Below, in pieces: positions 25,404-39,500 of a stretch of 64,000 nt of DNA. How positions within the stretch are numbered: the stretch's first letter is position 1; each line of letters begins with the position of its first letter. The DNA lies in contig NC_073388.1 of assembly GCF_028641065.1 (NCBI RefSeq), positions 56,668,001 through 56,732,000 on the forward strand, written 5' to 3'. The notes beneath the pieces are model-generated. The model was not told the DNA's origin, made no database searches, and saw nothing but the letters and a program-made list of their open reading frames with translations. This DNA is from Leucoraja erinacea. Its lineage: Eukaryota. Position numbers and translations under genes: made by a program.

Positions 25404-26115
25404 CAGTTCAAGTTTGCGTTTATTGTCACATGCATCAATTAAGGTACAGTGAAGTTTGAGTTCCCATACAGCCATACTAAGTGAAAAGCAACAATATACA
25501 CAGCCACATAAAATAAAATTTTACATAAACATCCACCACAGTGGAATCCACATTCATCACTGTGATGGAAGGCAATAAAGTTCAGTGATCTACCTCCTTT
25601 GTTCACCCGTGGTCGGGGCCTTTGAACCCTCCGCAGTAGCCGCAGCCGACGGTCCGATGCCCAAGCCCTCACGTCAGGATGATCAAAATTCTGGCGTCAG
25701 GATGGATCGGAACACTCTGGGGCATGGAGCTCCTGGCCTCTTAACGGAAACCGCGGCTTCACCGTGTTAAAGTCCTCAGGCCCCGCGGTCGTGGTCCACA
25801 GGCTCTGCAATGGTTAGTCCGCGCCGCGTCCCCAGCTTGAAGCTTCAGGCCGGTCCAGGAAAGGCTGCACTAATCCACGTTGTTCGGCCGCAGGGGGGAT
25901 GGAGATATGACACGGAGAAAAATCGCATCTCCGTCGAGGTAAGTGCCTGAAAAAGGTTTCCCCAACCCCCCCCCCCCCCCACCACACACACACACACACA
26001 CATAAAACATACCAAGAAACATTAAAACATACTTTTAAGACATGCTTAAAGAAATAAAAACCGAGAAGGGACAGACAGACTGTTGACAAGGCAGCCACTG
26101 GCGTGGTGCCACTCC
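25404..26115 (-). mobile_element. GC-rich SINE-like element, copy B (inside a decayed Penelope remnant ~25150-26440)
   Basis: Same architecture as copy A: T-rich stretch, G-run, hairpin, 3' stem ccatcacagtg/cactgtggtgg, gacaataaa tail. Confidence 0.7.
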
Positions 26116-26499
26116 ACCTTCCCATCAGATTCCATCTGTAGCCCCTGGTTTCCTCCAATAATTATATCCCAGCCTCTGTTCTTATCTCTATCCCTCTTCC
26201 CCACGAGACTTCATCTACCAATCCACCTATCCTCACCTGGGTGCACCTATTGCATTTCAGCTCTTGCCCCACATACGTCACTTCTATCCTGGCTATTGCA
26301 CCTCTACTCTTAAGTCCAGAGGAAAGGTCTCGACCCAAAATGTTGATTATTCATTTCCCTCCACAAATGCTGCCTGACCCGCTGAGTTTTCCCCACCAGC
26401 TTTATGATCTAGATTCCAGCATCTGTAATATTTTTTGTCAATATTCTGTATGCTGTAATTATTGGCTGTACCTGCATGCTATGCTTTTATAAATCATGT

Positions 26500-28510
26500 A
26501 CTAGAAACTTAGAAAATAGGTGCAGGAGTAGGCCATTCGGCCCTTCGAGCCTGCACCGCCATTCAATATGATCATGGTTGATCATCCAACTCAGTATCCC
26601 ATACCTGCCTTCTCTCCATACCCCCTGATCCCTTTAGCCACAAGGGCCACATCTAACTCCCTCTTAAATATAGCCAATGAACTGGCCTCAACTACCTTCT
26701 GTGGCAGAGAATTCCAGAGATTCACCACTGTGTGAAAAATGTTTTCCTCATCTCGGTCCTAAAAGATTTCCCCTTATCCTTAAACTGTGACCCTTTGTTC
26801 TGGACTTCCCCAACATCGGGAACAATCTTCCTGCATCTAGCCTGTCCAACCCCTTCAGAATTTTGTAAGTTTCTATAAGATCCCCCCTCAATCTTTAAAA
26901 TTCTAGCGAGTACAAACTGAGTCTATCCAGTCTTCATATGAAAGTCCTGACATCCCAGTAATCAGTCTGGTGAACCTCTGTACTCCCTCTATGGCAAGAA
27001 TGTCTTTCCTCAGATTAGAAGACCAAAACTGTACGCAATACTCCAGGTGTGGTCTCATCAAGATCCTGTACAACTGCAGTAGAACCTCCCTGCTCCTATA
27101 CTCAAATCTTTTTGCTATGAATGCTAACATACCATTCGCCTTCTTCACTGCCTGCTGCACCTGCATGCCTAGTTTTAATGACTGGTGTACCATGACACCC
27201 AGATCTCGTTGCATCTTCCCCTTTCCTAATCGGCCACCATTCAGATAATAGTCAACTTTCCTGTTTTTGCCACCAAAGTGGATAGCCTCACATTTATCCA
27301 CATTATACTGCATCTGCCATGCATTTGCCCACTCACCCAGCCTATCCAAGTCACCTTGCAGTCTCCAAGCATCCTCCACACAGCTAACACTGCCCCCCAG
27401 CTTCGTGTCATCTGCAAACTTGGAGATGTTGCATTCAATGCCCTCGTCCAAATCATTAATATATATCGTAAGTAGCTGGGGTCCCAGCACTGAGCCTTGC
27501 GGTACCCCACTAGTCACTGCCTGCCATTCTGAAAAGGACCCGTTTACTCCTACTCTTTGCTTCCTGTCTGCCAGCCAGTTCTCTATCCACATCAATACTG
27601 AACCCCCAATAGAGTCAAGAGTCAATTTAATTGTCATTTGGACCCCTGGAGGTCCAAACGAAATGCCGTTTCTGCAGCCATACATTACACACAAATAGAC
27701 CCCAGACACAACATAATTACATTTAACATAAACATCCATCACATAGCTGTGATGGAAGGCCAAATAAACTTATCTCTCCACTGCACTCTCCCCCCCCCCC
27801 CCGATGTCAAAGTCAAAGCCCCCGGCTGGCGATGGCGATGGTCCCGCGGCCATTGAAGCCACGCCGGGTGGTGCGAGGTCGCACACCGGGTCTTGGTGTT
27901 AGAGCCCCCGGCGTGCGCTCGCAGAGTCCGCGGCCATTCCAGCCGCGCGGGGCAGTGATGTTAGGCCCCGCTCCAGGAGCTCTTCAACCCCGCAATTCGG
28001 GCGGGGGAAGTCGCCGTTGCAGGAGCCCCGAAAAGCGGTGTCCCTCCAGGGAGCCGCGGGCTCCCGGTGCCGCCGTCCACAGACCCGCAGTAGCAGCCTC
28101 CGCATCAGCAGCGGCAGCGCTCCTCCACCGCTCCACCCGCTCCGGACTCGGCCAGCCCCGCGACGGCAACGGTGAGTCGACACCTGAGTCCCCGGCTTCT
28201 TCCCGTTGGAGGCCGCTCCTCGTTGCGGCCTCAACGACACCTGAGACCCGACGAGAGAAGGTCGGGTCTCCAGTGCAGGGAGAGATTTAAAAAGTTTCCC
28301 CACCCCACCTCCGCCCCCCCACACACACACCCCAACATAAAATAACAAAAACTACATAAAAACACAGACAGAAAATAATAAAAACGCGGACAGGCTGCAG
28401 AGGCCGCTGCTGGCCAGAGCCGCGCCGCCTACCGGATGTACAATACAATACCGTGTGCTTTAAGTTTGTATACTAATCTCTTATGTGGGACCATGTCGAA
28501 AGCCTTCTGA
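26500..28510 (-). mobile_element. CR1 LINE (same subfamily as 10221-12472), interrupted at 27612-28445
   Basis: ORF 26903-27763 contains [18 protein letters not shown] and RPHLEYCVQFW. The LINE sequence resumes at 28451. Confidence 0.94.
27612..28445 (-). mobile_element. GC-rich SINE-like element, copy C, nested in CR1
   Basis: Splits the CR1 at cccccaata|ccgtgtgc with CAATA on both sides. Same hairpins as copy A, (TTGACTC)-type tail. Confidence 0.82.
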
Positions 28511-30464
28511 ACACCCAGATTCCGTGTATCGCAGCTCTTCAATCTCTCATCATTAAGAGAATACACTTTTATTTTTCCTGCCAAAGCATTTTACATTTCT
28601 CACAATATCCAGTGGGCAGATCTGTGTCTTCTCCAAACCTATTTATATCCTTCTTTACATCCCGTACAAGACTTATTTCTTATCTGTCTCTGGTAATGAC
28701 ATAATGTTAACAATTATATGTTTGGTGCTTTCATCCACATTGTTAATGTAAATTGTAACAATGGCCCTGCGCTGATCCCTGATGCACACCACTCATTGTA
28801 ACTCTCCAACCAGCAAAGGATGCATTAACGCTGACTCTGTCTCCTCTTAGCCAGTTGATCTTCTATCCACACCACCCTGTTCCCTCCTTCACGATGAGCT
28901 TTAATATTTCTAAATAATCTTTGATGCAGCCATTTTTGAAATGTTGATATAGCTACCAGTCCCCTATCACCCACGGCATGACCAGTCCCCTATCATGTTA
29001 GTTTTTCAGAGAACTGGTATGTTGGTCAAATATTTCAATTTTCTGTCATTTCACATAGGCTGCACAGTACTGTTTTTAGACTCAACATATGTCGCAATGT
29101 GATTAACCTTGTATTGTGTTATGAAAACCACAGTATATGTCCTAAGGCTAATGCTGAATCAAAATTCCACTCTATAAGGCAGATTACACAATTTAATCCT
29201 TAACATTACTCAAGTCTTTTAAGCACTCCAATTATTATTCCTCATTACCATTTCCAAAATGTATGCTTTTGCCTGTTATTTCCAAAAAATTCCATGCAGA
29301 ATGAACTGTACTTTGGAATATGCAAAATACGTATGACGAGTACTTTTTATTTTATAAATATATAAATCCTCAAATGTATGATTACACAATTCATTTTAAT
29401 TCTTGGATAATTAATCCTTGAATAATTAATTGTTACTCATGGCCTCATAAAGGGATGTGAATTCAGGAATTCTTGTGCTAAAAAGAAGAACATTTGTTTA
29501 CACTAGGTCATAGACGCTAAGTATGATAGCAATGATTTAGATATAATCTGATTTGATACACTATGACAGAATCAAAAATTCAGTCTGATTATATTTAAAA
29601 ATTGCTTATACCTCATGTTCTATAGCAGTTGTGTTCTCTACCCCACTATATCTAGATAACTCTAGATACTGAGTATTAAGAAGCAGTGCCGTATAATAAC
29701 ATGTAATGTCTTGTCCACGCTTGCATTTTCCATCTTGGCTGATTTTTACCTACAGTATCTTGAGTGCTTACATCAATTGCATTTACAATAGGGTCACACA
29801 GGAATGATCTACTAAACCAACAAAATTGGAATATTGAACATATTTCCTTATTCAATCATTGAAACAATCAATCAATTCAAACAATTGAGTACCAATAATA
29901 CAGTTAGGAGATTTAACTTTTTAGAATATATGGAATTAAAAAACTAGCACCATTGTGCATTTTATGAATTAACACTTGGATCAGACACTTCAATCAGACA
30001 CTCAATTAAAACACTTAGACATATGTGAATGAGTATCATGGCAATTTTATTTATCATTTTAAACAAATGGAAATTATGCTCACTAGTTTCACATTTTCAC
30101 AGCCTGTTTGGTCTGGATTTGGTAGTTTCTAATCCACTCCAAGATTGTGTCCAAATTAGAAATAAAGCACATATTACATATGAAAGTTGTCATAATACTC
30201 CAATTACCAAGGCAGACTGCCAGAATGTTTTTCTTTTGCAATCTCTGATGTTAGATAATCCACCCACTTTTATGAAAGAAATGTTCATCAGTTAAAGAAA
30301 TGGAAACCCAAGCTCCACGCTTGTGATTACATTTCTAAACTAGCTAGGATTTTGCCTGTTTTTTTTATCAGTTTTCTTCTGACAACATGCACACTGCAGT
30401 GTCAGGCCAGTCCTAATTGATAGAATATATGCCATGACATAAAAAGCAAAAATGTTTTCCACAG

Positions 30465-31275
30465 TGGTTATCAAAAATTACTGCAGGATCTTGATCAGCT
30501 GGACATGTGGGCCGAGGATAGGTTAATGGAATGGAATGCAGATAAGTGCAAGGTGCTGCATTTTGGGAAGTCGAACTAGGGCAGGACCTTCACAGTGAAT
30601 GACAGTATTGTACAGCAGAGGGATCTAGGAATTCAGGTTCCTTGACAGTGGCATCATTGGTAGGTAGCCAAAAAGACATTCGGAACATTGGCCTTCATCG
30701 GACATGGTTTTGAGTATACAAATTGGGATGTTATGTACAAGACATTGGTGAGGCCGCATTTGAAGTATTGTAATCACCCTGATATAGGAAGGATGGTGTT
30801 AAGCAGGAAAGAGTGCAGAGAAGATTTACGGGGATGGTGCCAGGACTTGGCCTAGGTTATAGGGAGAGATTGGGCAGGCAAAAACGGTATTACTTGGAGT
30901 GCAGGAGGATGAGTGGTGATCTTATAGAGATGTATAAGATCATGATGAAAATAGGTAGAGTAAATACAAATCAGAATCTTTTACCCTGACTAGGGAAATC
31001 AAGAACCAGAGGACATAGGTTTCAGTTGAGAGGGGAAAGATTTAATAGGAACCCGAGGGTCAACTTTTTCACACAGAGGACGGTGGGTATATAGAACTAG
31101 AGATAGAGATAGTTGAGGCAGGTAATATAACAACTTTTAAACGGCATTTGGACAGGTACATGGATAGGAATGTTTAAGAGGGATATGGGCCAAACACAGG
31201 CTTGTGAGACTAGTGCAGATGGGGCATCTCAGTCGGATGCACGTTGGACCGAAAAGCCTGTTTCCTTCTTGTACA
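30465..31275 (+). mobile_element. Older CR1 LINE 3' fragment
   Basis: gataagtgcaaggtgctgcattttgg, gtgaggccgcatttg, agaaccagaggacatagg and a CR1 tail. Confidence 0.85.
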
Positions 31276-31489
31276 ACTAGTGGCTGCTTTCAGTACAGTA
31301 AAGGTTCATTATGGCAGCCTAAATTGGAAAGATTCAACTCAAGTCACTGAACATAGGTTAACAATGCAAATGTTCAGCTGGTCAATAGAGGTGCTCCCAA
31401 CACCAAGGAAGGGCCCAGATAAATTTGTCCCTCATTTTTCATGATCAGGTCATGAATCGCTTTTCTTTATATGTCTGTTACCGGCAAGG

Positions 31490-32450
31490 CAGACTGCCAC
31501 CTGTCCACATCTTAATGCCTTTATGAATGTGTTAGTGAGCTGTTATCTTGAATTGCTGCTGTCATTTCAGCGAAAGAATACACAGTTTTGAAAAGGGAAT
31601 CCTACAACAGTAAAGGACTGGCAATATATTTATCTAGTCAGAATAGTTTGCGATAGAGGATAATATTCCCATATGCCTGTGACTAACATCCTTCACAAAT
31701 CAAAGTAGCAAAGCTAAGTAATGTACATTTTTTAAATAGTGCACTGCAGCTGAAGTATGCCAATGATAGATAGAGTGAATGGTCAAGGTTATGAGCTACT
31801 TATATGTTGGAACAGTGACAGGCAAGCAAAAAGTATGCTGATGCATAACAGCTTGATGCAATGTACAGTAAATAGATGGTAGATTATTTTGAGAAGTGGA
31901 GGTAAGTGCCCCCCTGCAGGATACGGTCTGTTACTTGTTTTTGTAGTCAATGCATGTAGCTGAATCAGTTCAGTTTCAGGTTACATGTGGCCTGAGATGT
32001 TCACTTTGGGAGATTCAGCAATAGTGATGTGATTACATGTTATGGGTAGGTGGTTAGAGTCTCTATTGTTGGAAGTGGTTATTTTGATTTAACAATTATC
32101 CATTTATGCAAATTATGCAAATAATCCATTTAATTTAGAGAACAGATGGGATCTACGTATAGTGACACCTTGGGCATGAGTGGTCTGCCACCCTGAAAGG
32201 GCTCAGCATAACAGTTGTGGAACTATTGGGGAAAGGAGATTTACTGGGTTTGGACCCAGAGAACATCTTCATTGACACCAGGCCAGAAAAGTGGTTTCTG
32301 GATTTTCACTTCCTCATCTTGTTCAGCTGCTCTTAATGCAGCTAGTGTAAAAGATGATCCCCCTTACACAGATGAGTTGCACTGCACTATAAACCTGTTT
32401 AACCAGAATAGTCCAGGTAGCTGATTCAGTGTTTCAGAATGCCACTAGTC
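31490..32450 (-). mobile_element. Highly decayed ancient LINE remnant
   Basis: Scattered resemblance to a common chondrichthyan LINE (cagtaaaggactggcaatatattt; gacccagagaacatcttc). No ORF. Confidence 0.35.
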
Positions 32451-34584
32451 TGTTCTGTGAGGGCTTGTTGAATGCCGGCTACAAAAGTCATGACAGACAA
32501 ACTGCATGTATGATACAATTTGCTATATTAGGAAATATCTGAAAAATCTGTATGGATAAAACTACTCATGCTAGTTTTAACACCCTCTTATGGCAAAGGT
32601 GATTTGCTTAAGAGTTAAATTATAAAGTGCTGTGCTCTTTACAGCAGGAAAAGTAATAGCCACCATGTTCAACTCATTCCTTGCAACTTCAGAAGGTTGG
32701 CTGGTTTGCTAGGAAAAACAACATTTTTGCAATGGATGTACTGGGTGTTCATTTGGAGTATATGGGATCTTCGAGTGCATTATCCTGGGAATAATCATTG
32801 TTCTGCAGTCCTTGTAGAATGGCATCTTCCCACCACACTGCAGCACTGGTCCAGTGTGTCGATCTCTAAACCTTATGGCTCCACCTTTACTTCCTGATTC
32901 ACCAACCTCACAATTTGCCACGTCCTCAATTTCCAAATTCACTCCTGTCATTTACATTCTCAGCACAATCCCTGCCCACCCACTACCTCCTACCCTATTA
33001 TAAGGAACAGGTCCATGAAGCCTCTTCCCACCCATAAACTCAGAGAACTAATGCCCTAGCACTTCATGACCTTGATTTTTGTATCATCGCCGCTTCACCA
33101 AAGGACAAAAATCATGGTGCACTTCTGTTCTTTACCAGATGAGAGGTGCTATATAAAATACAGATTTTTGATTGTCAATGGGAGTACATTTACCCTAAAT
33201 TCACCAATCCAAAATAGGGAGGTGACACTGAAGGTAAATGGGGGGTTCTCAACCCCAGGAATGTAAACAAGAGTCAGAAATTAAAACAACATTGTAACGT
33301 GGCAGCCACTTCCACTTTCTTCTTTGCACTTCTTCCCTAGCATATTGTTCACAATCCAAAAATAAAGCTATGAAAACAGCTCCTCACAATGAGCAAAGAA
33401 TGACATTAATAAATAATGTTATTACAGTATATCTAACTATATGTCCTAACTATATCCATAACTTCCATGCCTGATCCTAAAACCTACTTCCTCCAGCTTA
33501 ACAAACATACCACATCTTCAGCTTCCATCATTGAGAGAGTTCCAACAAAATACAGCAAGGAAACTATAGCTTTGGCCTAGCAGGCCAATTCCAACCATCA
33601 GTCATCCATTTGCATTGATCCATTTTTTATTCTCCACGTTCTCAACACACCTCATATTCTATATCTACACACTAGCAGCAAATTACAGCAGGCAATTAAA
33701 TTACCGATTTACATGTTTTTAGAATGTGGAAAGAAACCGGATTACCAGATGGAAACTTTATTCTTTCAACCATAGTCAAGATTGAACTTGGGTCTAATGT
33801 TATGAGACTACAACTCTACTAGCTGTGCCCATTCAGTTTCCCTTACCACCACCACCAATCACGTCATTGTTGGCATTCATGTCATTTTGTAAATTATTAA
33901 AGAGTTTAATTTTAAAATTAACATGAGACTCTGTACTTGGCGGCAAGATAGTATTCAACTAAATGTAGATTCAACTAGCCATGGGAAATTGGAAGAGGGG
34001 GGTGCAGTGGGCATTACAGAGCAGAGCCATGGTTGTTGGAAGGTGATCACAGGCCAAGGAACCACAAAACCTTGCAGCAATTCAGCTATTATGCTTACAC
34101 TGACTAAATTTAAATTGTGTCTTAATTCATTGCTTTATCCCAACTTTACCTACATAATCTTGAAAATTAATTTACTCAATTACTTTTAAACATTTAATAA
34201 TATTTCACTTATGTTGTAGCCTGTGGAATAAATTGTCTTCATTTCTTTTTTTCTAATTATTTTAAATTGTTTCATTCTTACTAATTATTGCAGCAAAAAC
34301 AACTTTTCCTTACTTGGTGTAACCTTCACTGCTCCATTGAGCACAGTTTTCCCACTAAATCTGAATGCAGCTGCAGTATCTCAAGCTCTTATCCGAATAA
34401 GTACACTGAATTGGTATTCCATGCAAAAATATATAGAGCATCCATTTTCCCCCAGCTAATAACAAACTTATTTTGGCATCCAAATTCCACAAGCATCATT
34501 CTTTGTGAGGATGAGGGCTTCAAAAGCATCGGAGCATCATTACCTCCAAGTCCTCTTACAAATTGATCACCTAATTTTGTTATA

Positions 34585-34720
34585 ACCATATAACAATTAC
34601 AGCACGGAAACAGGCCATCTCGACCCTTCTAGTCCATGCCGAACACATAATCTCCCCTAGTCCCATATACCTGCGCTCAGACCATAACCTTCCATTCCCT
34701 TCCCATCCATATAACTATCA
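34585..34720 (-). mobile_element. CR1/HER1-type 3' tail
   Basis: accatataacaattacagcacggaaacaggcc..., same subfamily as the 13316 copy. Confidence 0.85.
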
Positions 34721-34796
34721 AATTGGATATCACAACTTAATGTCATTATGAGAGTACTTTCGCCAGAAGCTAACTGTGGTTCATTTTACAGAATTA

Positions 34797-35085
34797 TAGT
34801 TTTAGTTTAGAGATACAGCGCAGAAACAGGCCCTTTGGCCCACCTAGTCTGTGCAGACCAGCAATCCCCATACATTAGTTATCTCCTGCACATGAGGGAA
34901 AATTTACAGAAGCCAATTAACCTACAACCCTGAACGTCTTTGGAATGTGGGAGGAAACGGAGCACGCAGAGAAAATCTACACGGTCACAGGGAGAATGTA
35001 CAAACCCCGTACAGACAGCACACTTAGTCAGGATTAAACCCAGGTCAATGGGTTTGCAAGGCAGCAACTATACGGCTGCGCCACC
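34797..35085 (-). mobile_element. HE1-type V-SINE
   Basis: (tttag)n tail, V domain, tRNA-like head. A more decayed copy lies at ~33560-33835. Confidence 0.85.
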
Positions 35086-36116
35086 TTTTCTTCAGCATCC
35101 AGGGAAGAACAATGAATCTTTTCATGCTTTTGATGCATTCATCCCAAAAACAAATATGAAAAAAAAATTCCAGTGACACAGAAGCAATCTTTAGCACCCA
35201 GATTTTGCTCTAAATATTTCATTCATTTGCATATGATCAAAAGATTCACTCTCCTCATGCAGGGGTCAATTGATCAGTTGAGTCATTCATGAACATAATA
35301 TATAGGAAAACAAATGCAGAATGATCTGTTAAACATCTTTGTGCTAGTGACAGAATGGAATCTAAAGGATTCAGAGGTGGCTACATTTGTAGTTTTCAAT
35401 TTTGGTTGTTCCTGTAGATGTTCCGAAACCACCCAGATAGCTCTCTTTTTACTATCCATCTGGTCTTTCATATCATTATACAACTGAACTCAAGCCCTGC
35501 ACTAAGAGGTTGTGAAAAGTTATGTGCCATTGGACCCCAGACCCTGTCAGGGCATCAGTATCGCTGTCAAGTTGTCCCCCGAACTCCAAGAACTTTGTTC
35601 ATTTTGTTCTATTCAGAAGTCTAACCCTCAAGACAGTAGGCAGCTAATGTTGCACCCACCGCCTGACAAGGGAAGAAGGATTTGAAAGGTAGGGGCGTCT
35701 CTAATTTTGGACAGATGGTGGCACCAAAGTTACCCTAGTGAGATCAACAACAAAAGCATTCTGGGGAACATAGCTTGCCCCAGAGTCATTGGGTCTGATC
35801 TTCCAATGGGTTAGAGACAATATAGACACTGCTATTTATATTACTATTTCATTTTTCGTGTGGTGAAAGCAGTGTTCCTGTGACAGAAGTCAAAATAATT
35901 GGCCCCAGATATCCACTGGTTTGTTATTTAATGAACTATACATGCAATTTTTATATGCATCATTTAAAATTGGTGAATAAATGAAAGTAGAGCTCATCCA
36001 CAAAATAATATAGAAAAAGATAATTAATTTGTAATACAAAATAGAGAGCTGAGTTGTGAAATGGACAAATTTAAATCGCAGGGAAGTATACATATTACAT
36101 TTGCATAATTGTAAGT

Positions 36117-36917
36117 CTTCTTCGAGTCCATTGCAATCTCAGATGTCGTTCTGCCAGTATCTGGCGCAGGTCACAGCTGGTCGGGTCGGTTCAGCCAGGT
36201 CCTGGGGGCTGCACTGGGGGGCGTCGTCAAACTCCAGTAGGTGGGACATTGTCTGTAATGCTCCACAGCTGCATGTGTCTTCTGCCTGGTAGTTCCATGC
36301 TTTCATAAGTGCTTTGCACCTCCCCTGCTCCACTCGTAATCAGTTGAGGGTCTTCCAGGTTGGCCATGGGAGGTCGTGCCCGCTGGCGAGGCATTCAGTC
36401 GGAATGATTCCTCTCACCATCCAGTCGTGGGCTCGTATGTTGAGCTGGTTCCATTCATCTTTCCAGATGTTGGTCCTTGCTGTTTCTTTGGTTGTTTGGA
36501 GAGGTGGGACTGTCTGCAAGAAACGCTCTAGATTTCAGTCGGGGTGGAGGTGCTGTGTGTCCGTGCAGGGGGTGACTGGTATCGATCTCCTGTGCTCTCC
36601 GCTCGTCTTGGGCGACGATGGATCGTCTGATATGGGGGGGTGGGGCAATACCAGCTAGGGCGTAGAGGCACGGGACTGGTGTTGTCTTTATGCATCCCGT
36701 GATAATGCGGCAGGTGTCGTTGAGGGCTGTGTCAACCAGTTTGGTGTGGTGGGAACGGCTCCAGCTTGAGCACGCGTATTCAGCTGTGGAGAAGCACAGG
36801 GCTAGGGCAGTTGCACGGATGGTTGGTGGATCAGTGCCCCACTTTGAGTTTACCAGTTTGCGCAGGATGTTGTCGCGAGTGTTGACCTTGGCTTTGGTGT
36901 TCTGAAGGTGGGTTTTG
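36117..36917 (-). mobile_element. Vingi/Ingi-like LINE 3' fragment with 10 bp TSD
   Basis: TSD AATTGTAAGT (36107-36116, 36918-36927). Minus strand encodes KVNTRDNILRKLVNSKWG..ALALCFSTAEYAC..NDTCRIITGCIKTTP and C-terminal CSCG..QTMSHLL. Confidence 0.75.
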
Positions 36918-37049
36918 AATTGTAAGTGATTAATCCTGTTTTTTCATTTACATAGTTTACACATAAAAAAAGACAATTCACTGTCCCACTGTGAGCCATC
37001 TTTGAATCCATTTAATGTTCTGTATTTAATAGCTATTTGTACTATTTTG

Positions 37050-39080
37050 TTTAACATTAGAAACCACCCAGGTTGTTTTACAGGGACGTTATCAAACAAT
37101 ATCTGACTCCAAGTCACAACAGGGATTAGGGTATTATGAATAGCTGATTAAAGAAGGATTTTAAGAAGAGTAGTATTTTCTTAATAAAAAAGGGTAGAGA
37201 AATTTGCAGAAGGAATTCCAAGGCTTGGGTCCTTGGCAACTAAAATGGACAGTTATTAACAGCTGTTTAACTTGGAGAAACGCAGTATAAGAATATTGAA
37301 GGGCTGAACTTTACATAAATGATAGATAGTAGGCAACACAATCAAAGAGGGATCTGAAGATAATGAACAAAGTTTTAAAGTTGAGACAATGCTTAACCTG
37401 AAACCAACTGATGTATTCAAGCAAGAATGGTGGATGAACAGGACATTTATCGATTAGGATATGGACATGGGTGTACCCAGGCTTAATATATAAGGAGGTT
37501 GCCTTGTATTATGTTAGAATAGTCATGCTACAGAGTTGGACGGATCAGGAAGAAGAATGAAGTTGTGGTAATAGTATGTAGTGCAGATAGAGACAACAGC
37601 TTCAATGTTCCAAATGCCTTGGTGGTAGGAATTCCTTCCTCCTCGTCTCGTACTGGTTGTCAACCAAGCAGTCTGGCAGTTCAGGGACAATGATCTGGTG
37701 AGGTAAGTACTGGGCACAGTCAATTTAAACATGGAAGCCTGACACTAGTGAGGTGGGTGTAAGAGTGAATACAGGAGATGGGAGAGAAACTAAAGTGTAA
37801 CAATGCAATGAGAAGAGAGGCTGATCCAGCCGATTCTATGGCCATGAACAGATGGGTAAAACTGAGACCAAGTTAAAAAGAATACTGGGCAACAGAGGAG
37901 AGAAGACCAGGAGAATGATAAATCAACCACATTAAAGGCTGCATGCAGAATTTTAGTTTAGACATACAGCGTGGAAACAGGGACAACAGGAAACAAGTCG
38001 ACCAGCGATCCCAGTACATTAACGCTACCCTACACACACTAAGGCCAGTTTACATTTATACCAAGCCAATTAACCTACAAACCTCTACGTCATTGTAGTG
38101 TGGGAGGAAACCGAAGATCTCTTGAGTAAACCCACACGGGGAGAATGTACAAACTCCGTACAGACAGCACCCGTAGTCGGGATTGAACCCGGGTCTCCGG
38201 AGCCACAAGCACTGTAAGGCAGCAACTCTACCTACTCTGGAAAGACAAGAAAGGTTAAATCAGGTTTATCACTTTTACAAAGAATTTCAGTACTTGTTCC
38301 AGGAAAGTGGGCACTTATTTGGCTATTGATTACAGGTTTAAATTTCAGGGTATAAAGTACAATTTGGGACATAAGTCTGAAGAAGTGTCATGACCCATAA
38401 CATCTGTCCTATTTTCTCTACAGATGCTGCCTGATTTACTGACTTCTGCCATGACTTTATTTTTTGATTAAGTACAAAGTAGTAGTTTATATGGATTTAG
38501 TGCGGAATTATTTATGGAAAGTTTAGCAGTTAATTCTTCCCTCTCCTCAGGCAGAGTGACAGTACCTGTGGACAGAAAAGCATTAACTGTATCAGCCTAC
38601 ACAGATCCCCAAGATTCAACTGATAGATAGCTTAGCAAGTTGGACAGTTTAAAAGACAATTTTCATTAACGAGAGAGGTTTATATTTACTTTCCAGAGTG
38701 ATGGAAAAGTAAAGGAAATGTTCTGTAATAATGGCAGGAAACAACAGGTCCCAGCAGAACATTGTTGTTTTTAGATCTGAAGATGTGTTTAATATCTTCA
38801 GATTTTAAATAGTGCTTCTTTAGTATTTAAGGGGGTAGTACTGAAAACTGTACAGGGTCATCGGCCAATGTGATAGAGTAATGGTTTTATAGTGCTTCAG
38901 AGCTGGACTTAAGTTTCTATTTGAACAGATTAGTAACTGCAAAAAAGGGGGTAAATTGAGAGGAACCGGGTACTGTGTGTGTGTGGCCCCGTCCCCAAGT
39001 GCTAACATAAGAAATAGTCTTAGGAGGTTGACGGAAGATGGGCATAGAATAACTAGCTTAATTTGAGACCAGTGTAAATG
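37050..39080 (-). mobile_element. Ancient decayed L2-like LINE, interrupted by a V-SINE (37950-38235) and a PLE mini-element (~38372-38465)
   Basis: Purine-rich + strand with L2-like motifs (ggaattccaaggcttgggtccttggcaac; caaccaagcagtctggcag). Confidence 0.45.
37950..38235 (-). mobile_element. HE1-type V-SINE
   Basis: Matches the 2551 copy. Confidence 0.85.
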
Positions 39081-39254
39081 CACATCTCAATATTTTTCCC
39101 TTTAATATTCCTATGTTTGTGTGTTTGATAATTAACTGTAAATTTACCAAGCCACAATCACAGCCCACACCCAGCTGCTGTGCTGAAATATCCACATTGG
39201 CAGAAAGATATCATTACGGAGTAAAAAGTTGATGTTTGAAATTTGCTGAATGAA

Positions 39255-39500
39255 GATGAGTGCCTCAGGAAGGCCGTCAGCATCCATAAAGACTCCTCAC
39301 ACCCTTGTAATGGACTGTTCGAACTACTACCTTCCGGCAGACGTTACAAGGCCTTCTACGCCTGCACCTCCAGACTTAGGAACAGCTTCATTCCCAGAGC
39401 TATAGCTGCTCTGAACCGGCCCTGCTGAGTGCCCCCCACCCCCCATGGACTGTCTCCCTCGGATGGTCACGTCACACAGACACATCTGCACTTTAGACTG
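39255..39500 (+). mobile_element. Rex1/Babar-like 3' end
   Basis: ORF 39243-39428: CLRKAVSIHKDSSHPCNGLFELLPSGRRY...RLRNSFIPRAIAALN. Confidence 0.8.

Noticed and set aside
26903-27763. 286 aa ORF as an intact gene
   Set aside because: A chance fusion of the SINE-like copy C tail to a truncated CR1 RT fragment.
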